DNA of 32,000 nt from Methanothermobacter tenebrarum (GTDB taxonomy: Archaea > Methanobacteriota > Methanobacteria > Methanobacteriales > DSM-23052), in the NCBI RefSeq assembly GCF_003264935.1, contig NZ_QLOE01000007.1, positions 4,629 to 36,628 on the forward strand. Direction: 5' to 3'. Both the position numbers and the translations under genes were made by a program. The notes under the pieces are model-generated. The model worked only from the letters and a program-made list of their open reading frames with translations, was not told the origin of the DNA and did not search any database. Of the stretch, positions 25,468-32,000 are shown in pieces (within the stretch, counting starts at the first letter, position 1; each line of letters begins with the position of its first letter).

Positions 25468-26726
25468 AAAAGATCACCTAGGGACTTATCAAGTGACAAT
25501 ACACGAAGAGCATCACGAAACATCCCATCCTCATAATCTATTCTGCGCTCATTAGGTTTCCTATCCCGCTTCAAAACATCCAAAAGTTCCTTGGCAACAT
25601 CAACATCACACTCTCTGAGAACATCCAAGTTTTCCCTGTTCTCCTTGAAAAGGATCTTTTCAATCTTTGAAGCATCCTGATCAAACCTAACCCTTATCCG
25701 CCGTCTTTCACGGCGCTTGAGGCCATGCCGGTTTATGTTAACATGTAAAGCCCCCATCTCCATGAGCAGATTCCTTATCCTTAAAGGATCTATATCGGCT
25801 GTTTTACCTGATGAAAGCTCCCCCAAAATCTTCACCATAACGAGCTTATCCTCAACATCACAAACTTGTAGCTTGGAAATTATATCATCCATAGCCTCCT
25901 GGGAGCCTTTACCTGTAACATCATATTCAAAATAGGCATATTTAACAAAATCCAATGGCATAAAATTCGTACTCTGGATAGTATCATCAAATTCTATAAT
26001 ATAAAATCCCCGCTGTTTGCCATTGGCATTTGCTTCAAGATCAGTTGCATATGATCCAAACAATGGCCCAGGATAGACTATCAGACCATAATCTTCTTCA
26101 TATTTTTCTATCCTCTCATGTAGGTGACCCCCCGCATAATAATCAAAGCCTTGGGGGAAAAGGTTTAATGGGATGGATTCCATCTCTGAAAGATATGCTG
26201 GTTTAAATTCTGTTATGGCACTATGAAAAAGGAATATCTTAAACCCTTCCTCGGCTTCTAATGGGCCCCTGTCAAGGTATCTGAACTGTTCTATTTCCAT
26301 ACTCATTCTACGGGCTGATATACCCGTAAGTTTCGCCCCAGTCACTGGGTCCGCGGTAAAATCAAGAGTATACCCTTTTTCTTCTCGGCGGATCTTGTCC
26401 ACCCTTTTTAGTAAACCCGCGCTTTCAAGCACGTCAATCATTGATGTTCTGGTTGGACTGTAATCATGACTCCCATAACATACATATACCGGTATTTTAG
26501 CCTCTTTGAGACCTCTTAATATTTTAGCGACTCCCTTGACAACTTCCATATTGGGTATGTTAGAATGGAATAGATCCCCTGATATTAGGATAAAATCAAC
26601 CTTTGAATCGATGGACCTCTTGATGGCCCTTTCAAAACTTTCAAGTTCTAGCCTTTTAAGTTCTGTGTATCTATGCGCCCCAAGGTGACAGTCTGCTAAA
26701 TGAGCGAATCTATACATAATCTGCAC
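25464..26726 (-). CDS. mre11: Mre11 nuclease
   Basis: 420 aa with a GTG start. Phosphoesterase motifs FAHLADCHLG, SGDLFH, YGSHD and GGHLH. Confidence 0.9.
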   Translation of the reverse strand: MQIMYRFAHLADCHLGAHRYTELKRLELESFERAIKRSIDSKVDFILISGDLFHSNIPNMEVVKGVAKILRGLKEAKIPVYVCYGSHDYSPTRTSMIDVLESAGLLKRVDKIRREEKGYTLDFTADPVTGAKLTGISARRMSMEIEQFRYLDRGPLEAEEGFKIFLFHSAITEFKPAYLSEMESIPLNLFPQGFDYYAGGHLHERIEKYEEDYGLIVYPGPLFGSYATDLEANANGKQRGFYIIEFDDTIQSTNFMPLDFVKYAYFEYDVTGKGSQEAMDDIISKLQVCDVEDKLVMVKILGELSSGKTADIDPLRIRNLLMEMGALHVNINRHGLKRRERRRIRVRFDQDASKIEKILFKENRENLDVLRECDVDVAKELLDVLKRDRKPNERRIDYEDGMFRDALRVLSLDKSLGDLL

Positions 26727-26729
26727 CTC

Positions 26730-28298
26730 TTATAAGTCCTCGGGAGATAGGAGTGGGGGTTTCTCCTTTGTTTCACTTATTTTGTCTTTGACATGTTCTT
26801 CGAAAAGCGGTATTTTGATGGGTACTGCGAATTTTGTGAATATGCTAGTCACTATAGCCTCTCCCCTGTCAAGACTTGCTATTGCCCGGTTATCATCTGA
26901 TAAGTCTTGTGATGCGCTTGCTATGATCTCGGATCGTTCTTGTGACATTTCATTTCCCAAGATTATCTTCGTGTTCATATTCGCAAGTATTGTCCTGGGG
27001 ATTAAAGTTACAAGTTGTGTTATGGCCACGAGTCCAATGTTGAATTTCCGGCCTTCCCTTGCTATTGTACTGTAAATGTTATGGCCTTGTCTTTCTATGA
27101 CTTCTTTGCCAAGGACTCTTGGGGCTTCTTCGATCACTATACCGATTATGGGTTTCTCTTCTAATTTCCCTTCTGCTTTGTACTTCTGGTATTTGTTGAA
27201 TAATGCTCCGACGATTATGCTGCCTACTAGTAATTCTGCTTCGCCCATAAGCCGTGAGGTGTCTATTATAACGATTTCACCATCTTCTAGGGATTTTATA
27301 ATATCTTTGATGGTTGAATCCCCAGCGTCTGTTGTGAATACACCTCCACGAGATTCTAATCGGCCTTCTTCTTCGTAAATGCCGAGTATGTTATCGAATT
27401 TTCTCTGAAGGACGCTGAGAGTGCTGGGACTTACTTTTTCCTTGGTTCCTTCCTGGTTCTCGACTTTTTCTCCTCTTATAATGTTTTGTATCCAGTTCTC
27501 TTCGAACTTGTTATGGTAAAGTTTTATTGCATCCTTTTGTGCGCTTGTAAATTCGACTATACCATCGAAATGTTCCGGTCTTATGGATCTAAGGTTTATG
27601 TTAAGGGAAATTGCCTCGCCTTCAACCTTTGAAATCTCGGGAGTATAATATCTGAGTTTCTCTTGGTTGGGATGGTCTTTTAATCCTTTTTCGTTTCTGC
27701 CATAGTATTCGTCGTGGGGGTCGAGGACTAGCATGCCTATGTTTTCTATGTCCATGAGTTCCCAGAGCATCACCTTTACTAGGTTACTTTTTCCCCTGCC
27801 TGTTGTTGCAGGTATAAGGATGTGGTGTGGTATTGCTTCTCTGGCATTAACGTGTATCTTTGTTTTAAGTTCTTTTGAGCCGCTTCTCACATTGCCCAAG
27901 TAGAGTGGATCTTCTATTTCCTTTTTTAAAAATTTGAGATCATCATCTTCTATGCGCCTTACATGGGTGAAAAATTTTGGCAGTCTCTTGGGTAGTTGTG
28001 GTTTACCGTTTCGTATTTGGAGTATGGTTTTTGCTTCTGCGATTATATAATTTCTAAGCTCCTCATCTAAAAATTCCACCTGGGAGCCGCGGTTTTCGAG
28101 TTGAATCCCTGAAGCGAGTTCTCTCATGACCTGTGGGACTTGTGAATGATAAACTAGATCCTTTACTTGTAAGATGCTATAGTTGCCATCGTCCTCTTCT
28201 GCAACTAGTAGATCTCCGAGTTCTATCCTTGAACCACTCCTTTCTCTTATAAAAATCTTTGAAGTTTCTCCTCCTATGATCTGCCCTATGGCACTGAT
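26730..28298 (-). CDS. herA: HerA hexameric helicase (FtsK/HerA family)
   Basis: Walker [12 protein letters not shown] and Walker [11 protein letters not shown]. The track ORF starts at ATG 28127. The same frame stays open for 69 more codons and encodes an N-terminal barrel typical of HerA ([45 protein letters not shown]). I extend to ATC 28296-28298, which lies 9 nt after AGGAGG; the 5' end is uncertain. Confidence 0.8.
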   Translation of the reverse strand: MSAIGQIIGGETSKIFIRERSGSRIELGDLLVAEEDDGNYSILQVKDLVYHSQVPQVMRELASGIQLENRGSQVEFLDEELRNYIIAEAKTILQIRNGKPQLPKRLPKFFTHVRRIEDDDLKFLKKEIEDPLYLGNVRSGSKELKTKIHVNAREAIPHHILIPATTGRGKSNLVKVMLWELMDIENIGMLVLDPHDEYYGRNEKGLKDHPNQEKLRYYTPEISKVEGEAISLNINLRSIRPEHFDGIVEFTSAQKDAIKLYHNKFEENWIQNIIRGEKVENQEGTKEKVSPSTLSVLQRKFDNILGIYEEEGRLESRGGVFTTDAGDSTIKDIIKSLEDGEIVIIDTSRLMGEAELLVGSIIVGALFNKYQKYKAEGKLEEKPIIGIVIEEAPRVLGKEVIERQGHNIYSTIAREGRKFNIGLVAITQLVTLIPRTILANMNTKIILGNEMSQERSEIIASASQDLSDDNRAIASLDRGEAIVTSIFTKFAVPIKIPLFEEHVKDKISETKEKPPLLSPEDL

Positions 28299-28311
28299 AT
28301 TGGATTCCCTC

Positions 28312-29406
28312 CTATCTAATTTTTTTATCCTTGATCATGGCTATCCTGTTTAATTTTTCATGGGCGTCAACCGCCCTTATATGATATTTCAACTCTTCTA
28401 GGACGTCCTCTGGTAATCCTGATAATATACTTGCCTTGTACATTTTCACTTCATCCATACGTACCCTTGCGTTAAGGTCAGCATCTATGAGACCATATGG
28501 GTAGCCAGGGAATGTGGGGTCAACTGTATTTTCTCCAATGGCAGATATTATCTCGGCTTCATCATCTTTGCCGAAGAGGTCTAATCTAAAAATATAATCT
28601 GAGAGTTCATGTAATTTAACAATCATTATCTTTATAAGGTGCCCTTTCACCTCTTTAGGTTTTAGGAGATGATACCATCTTTCATAATTTTTATCTTTTG
28701 CCAATTTTCTAATGGAGGCTATTAGAGAATTTCCAGTGGGTGTAGGTAATGTGCATGTTTTTGAAAGGCCTGCAAGGTTAACACCTATTTTATCAGCGGC
28801 TTTTAATATTCTATGTAGGTATATGCGCTCTCCTTCGAATGATGTGTCCAGCGAACCATCTTTCACAAGTATGTCACCATCATCAAGTTCCTCTTCTATT
28901 ATACGAGTGCTGAAGCTCCATTCAGCGAATCTTCGAGCAACCGAGAACATTCTACTTCGTTGGTAAAAATCTGGGGGTCCTGGGAGCGTTACTGTAAGAT
29001 CTTCTTCCATTGGCAGATACTTTCTATGTTCTTCTGAGAGTGGGAATATCTTCACTTTACCTACTTCTCCATTCTCTGAATCATGGACACTAAGATAAGA
29101 GAAAAATTCTATCTTTTCAGGTATCCTGGAGGATGGTCTTTGACGTTCTTTGCCCTTGAAGAGATTGAAGTATACCCTATTTACTTGTAAGGAGAATCTT
29201 GGGGCTTCTAATATAGTGTTGTTCCCACCGTCAACAAATGCCATTAAATGCGGTTCAACGTCCCTAAGGGGTTTGAAATAATCATCATGAGAATTGCGGA
29301 TCCCATGGCCTCCTGAAAAATATTGACTGTCAATGTCCCTTTTAACCTCTTTTTCAAGGGTTTTAATTATCTTTTCCAAGACCCCCAATATTATAACCCC
29401 CACCAC
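28312..29406 (-). CDS. nurA: NurA 5'-3' nuclease
   Basis: 364 aa. NurA-type motifs AFVDGGN and ILVKDGSLD, and operon context with herA-mre11-rad50. GTG start at 29406 (alternative GTG/TTG within the first 10 codons). Confidence 0.8.
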   Translation of the reverse strand: MVGVIILGVLEKIIKTLEKEVKRDIDSQYFSGGHGIRNSHDDYFKPLRDVEPHLMAFVDGGNNTILEAPRFSLQVNRVYFNLFKGKERQRPSSRIPEKIEFFSYLSVHDSENGEVGKVKIFPLSEEHRKYLPMEEDLTVTLPGPPDFYQRSRMFSVARRFAEWSFSTRIIEEELDDGDILVKDGSLDTSFEGERIYLHRILKAADKIGVNLAGLSKTCTLPTPTGNSLIASIRKLAKDKNYERWYHLLKPKEVKGHLIKIMIVKLHELSDYIFRLDLFGKDDEAEIISAIGENTVDPTFPGYPYGLIDADLNARVRMDEVKMYKASILSGLPEDVLEELKYHIRAVDAHEKLNRIAMIKDKKIR

Positions 29407-29423
29407 GTAATACGTGGGGCTTT

Positions 29424-29984
29424 TTATTCTTTTTCTATTATAACGGCTGTACCATAGGCTAGGATCTCTTGCATGACATTAGATATGGAATCAGAATCAA
29501 ATCGTGCGCTTATAATAGCATTAGCTCCAAGTTCCTTTGCATGTTCTATCATGCGATCAATAGCCTCTTGGCGTGCATGCTCCATCATGGTAACATACTC
29601 TTTGATTTCCCCCCCAACTAGAGATCTTAAGCCGGCCCCTACTTGGCCTCCAATTCCTCTGCTCCTGACTGTAAGACCGTAAACGAAGCCTAAAGTTTCA
29701 ACTGCACGATATCCTGGGACATGATTTGAACTTACAACAATAACATCCTCATATTTACTAGGCGCTGCTGGTTTTTCCTCTTCCAAGCGTTTTTCTTCGA
29801 GTTTGGTGCCGCATTCTTCGCAGAAATTGGCATCAGGCCCATATTCTCTATTACAGTTAGGGCAATACTTTATGGGCTCCTCTGCCCCTTCTCTTGGAGG
29901 AGTTGATGGTTCAACCGCTCCCTTTCTCCTTTTTTCTTCCAATCTTCTTTTCAGCTCTTCGGCGGATACCATAATATTCACCAA
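29424..29984 (-). CDS. Zinc-ribbon + YbjQ/UPF0145 (DUF74) domain protein
   Basis: 186 aa. The N-terminus has CPNCNREYGPDANFCEECG. After a linker comes a complete YbjQ domain (VPGYRAVETLGFVYGLTVRSRGIGGQVGAGLRSLVGGEIKEY...ANAIISARFD...AYGTAV). Confidence 0.8.
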   Translation of the reverse strand: MVNIMVSAEELKRRLEEKRRKGAVEPSTPPREGAEEPIKYCPNCNREYGPDANFCEECGTKLEEKRLEEEKPAAPSKYEDVIVVSSNHVPGYRAVETLGFVYGLTVRSRGIGGQVGAGLRSLVGGEIKEYVTMMEHARQEAIDRMIEHAKELGANAIISARFDSDSISNVMQEILAYGTAVIIEKE

Positions 29985-30091
29985 ATTTATTTTCTAATTT
30001 TCAAGGTATATATGAGTAACTTCCCATTGGGGTTTAATCCAATACCCCATTACAATTTCTTAAATATTAGCCCTGATAGAAATGTTATTCT

Positions 30092-31462
30092 ATGAAGCTT
30101 CGAAGGGCTCTTACATTATTTGATGTTGTGAACCTTGTAATTGGGACTATTGTCGGGGCTGATATTTATATTGTGGCTGCTGTTGGTGCGGGGGCCCTTG
30201 GACCTGCATCTATACTATCATGGTTTATAGCCGGGATTATGGCGATTATAATCGCACTTGTATTCGCCGAGTCTTCATCGGTATTAGCCCGTGTAGGCGG
30301 ACCCTATGCGTATGCTCGGCATGTATTTGGGGATTTCATAGGGTTTCTTGTGGGTTGGTCTCTTTGGGTGTCATCATGGGTTGCTATAGCAGTTTTCCCT
30401 GTTGCATTTGTTTCATATTTGCTCCATTTTCTGTCATTGGATCCTATCATGCAAGGCTTGGTTAAAGTTGTTTTCATAGTTTCTTTAACTCTGGTAAATT
30501 ATAGGGGTGTGAAAGTGGCTGGTAAGGTTAATGATGCTTTGACTGTTTTGAAGCTGGCTCCACTTTTTATCTTCGCCCTTGCCGGTCTGGTTTACTTTTT
30601 AATGAAACCTGATGTTCTCATGGCTAATTATACGCCTTTCGCACCTTATGGTCTGGGAGGATTGGGTGGTGTTGTTGTATTAGTGTTCTGGGCATATGTC
30701 GGTTTTGAGCTTGTAACAGTACCGTCTGATGAGGTTATAGACCCTAAAACTACGATACCAAGGGCTATAATCCTTGGGATGGTGTTTATAATGTTCTTTT
30801 ATCTTGTCACAAATTTTGTTATATTAGGTGTTGTCCCATGGGATCTCCTTGCGAATAGCCGGGCGCCCTTGGCACTTGCAGGGTACATGTTACTAGGACC
30901 CTTGGGGGCTCTTCTCATGACCATAGGGGCTCTATTTTCAATATCTGGTTCTGAGGAGGCTGGTATACTTTCTACTGCGAGGATATTATATGCTATGGCA
31001 TCTGATGGTCTTCTTCCAAGGGTCTTCGCTTCGGTACATCCAAGGTATAGAACACCACATGTGAGTCTGGTTTTCCAGAACTTAACAGCTATGGTAGCGG
31101 CTATTCTGGGAACGGCCACACAACTTATTAGTATTTCTGTGTTCACTTTACTCTTCTGTTACATTCTGACTTGTATATCATTACCTTTACTCAAGAAGGA
31201 AAGGATACCTATTAAGGCTATCCTAGGATTTTTTGTATGTGTTTATCTTATGGTTAACTGTTCGGTTGACTCTATACTTTGGGGTCTGCTTTTAACTTTT
31301 ATTGGAATCCCATTATATTTGAAGTATGCAACCCATCAACCAGACGCGACTTTCAGGATCCTGGCAAGACAATTGCAGGACAAGATACAGGCTAGGAGGG
31401 AGAGAAGATTCCTCGCCAGGTTCCTCAGATTAATATCTGATTTCACGAAAAAGCTAAAATAG
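30092..31462 (+). CDS. APC-superfamily amino acid/polyamine permease
   Basis: 456 aa, about 12 TM helices. N-terminal LTLFDVVNLVIGTIVGADIY, WAYVGFE and RYRTPH are patterns typical of APC transporters. Confidence 0.85.
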   Translation: MKLRRALTLFDVVNLVIGTIVGADIYIVAAVGAGALGPASILSWFIAGIMAIIIALVFAESSSVLARVGGPYAYARHVFGDFIGFLVGWSLWVSSWVAIAVFPVAFVSYLLHFLSLDPIMQGLVKVVFIVSLTLVNYRGVKVAGKVNDALTVLKLAPLFIFALAGLVYFLMKPDVLMANYTPFAPYGLGGLGGVVVLVFWAYVGFELVTVPSDEVIDPKTTIPRAIILGMVFIMFFYLVTNFVILGVVPWDLLANSRAPLALAGYMLLGPLGALLMTIGALFSISGSEEAGILSTARILYAMASDGLLPRVFASVHPRYRTPHVSLVFQNLTAMVAAILGTATQLISISVFTLLFCYILTCISLPLLKKERIPIKAILGFFVCVYLMVNCSVDSILWGLLLTFIGIPLYLKYATHQPDATFRILARQLQDKIQARRERRFLARFLRLISDFTKKLK

Positions 31463-31504
31463 GTTTATATATAAGTTTGATAGAGAAGAATAGGAGGTGG
31501 CTAG

Positions 31505-32000
31505 ATGAATAGATTATATGCATTGGTATTGGCGTCGCTTATACTATTCCTTGGGATTGGCGTCGGATCAGCGGCTTCAATGTTCTATACCAATAATTCA
31601 GTGCCCACAGAGAACAGTACATTGTATACTGCGCCAATAGTCTTGAATAAGACCATGCAAATAAAGTATATGATAAAGGACAATACAACAACAAAGTATG
31701 GTATAATTAAGCATGAAATAACAGGAACAAATAGGAACCGGACAATATATCCTACGATATCATTTAATGGTACCGCGCTTTCCCTAGTCTTCCCAGAAAA
31801 TGTGTATTATACAGTGAATGGTAAGATGCCAACCAACAAGAGCACACTCTATACTTCACCAATAATCTTAGACAAGAACATGATAGTAAAGTATCTGATA
31901 GTGGTTAATGGCACAAAGTATACGGGAATAGTTAAGCACACACCATGCAAGCTTGTTAAGAAGGTTCAGGCAAGGAAGATGAATCACAAATGGGTGAAGC
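31505..32000 (+). CDS. Secreted, sequon-rich repeat protein (5' partial, runs off the window)
   Basis: AGGAGGTGG lies 4 nt before the ATG. A signal-like N-terminus (LYALVLASLILFLGIGVGSAAS) is present and the frame is open to 32000. Two copies of a ~33-aa module, STLYT(A/S)PI(V/I)L(N/D)K(T/N)M..KY, lie at 31616-31714 and 31841-31939, and there are eight N-x-S/T sequons. Confidence 0.6.
   Translation, partial: MNRLYALVLASLILFLGIGVGSAASMFYTNNSVPTENSTLYTAPIVLNKTMQIKYMIKDNTTTKYGIIKHEITGTNRNRTIYPTISFNGTALSLVFPENVYYTVNGKMPTNKSTLYTSPIILDKNMIVKYLIVVNGTKYTGIVKHTPCKLVKKVQARKMNHKWVK

Noticed and set aside
28125-28127. ATG at 28127 as the true herA start (as in the ORF track)
   Set aside because: It would remove the conserved-looking N-terminal barrel, which is encoded in frame by the 69 upstream codons. 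It also lacks an SD, whereas AGGAGG sits further upstream.
26730-29406. HerA plus NurA as a stand-alone anti-phage module
   Set aside because: They sit in the canonical archaeal nurA-herA-mre11-rad50 arrangement with overlapping or abutting genes. This is the housekeeping end-resection machinery, not a defence pairing such as HerA with SIR2 or other effectors.

Overview
AT-rich archaeal window. The gene content points to a pseudomurein-walled methanogen (Methanobacteriales-type). (i) 1-11.5 kb is a surface-glycan/exopolysaccharide island with two GT4 glycosyltransferases, an FkbM methyltransferase, a 717-aa polytopic membrane protein, a frameshifted pyruvyl transferase, an FrhB-like Fe-S flavoprotein and a Wzx-type flippase. 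It starts at a decayed methyltransferase. It is interrupted by an unexpected 576-aa gene (4940..6670) that combines a ligand-dead SAMHD1/dGTPase-like HD scaffold with a C-terminal PD-(D/E)xK nuclease core; this is my top candidate for an undescribed system. (ii) 11.8-16.9 kb holds trxB, tRNA-Glu(CUC) and tRNA-Gly(CCC), an orphan Csa3-type CARF-wHTH regulator divergent from an ACT-ACT-MBL hydrolase, DUF169 and several small proteins. (iii) 16.9-29.4 kb is one 12.5-kb co-directional minus-strand array. It runs nurA-herA-mre11-rad50, then without an obvious terminator into three tandem Mur-type (pseudomurein) peptide ligases, a membrane-anchored unknown protein and a MobA-like nucleotidyltransferase. 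(iv) The remainder holds a Zn-ribbon-YbjQ fusion, an APC permease and the 5' part of a sequon-rich repeat surface protein. I saw no CRISPR array, rRNA, transposase or integrase. All family assignments come from reading motifs by eye; no searches were run.
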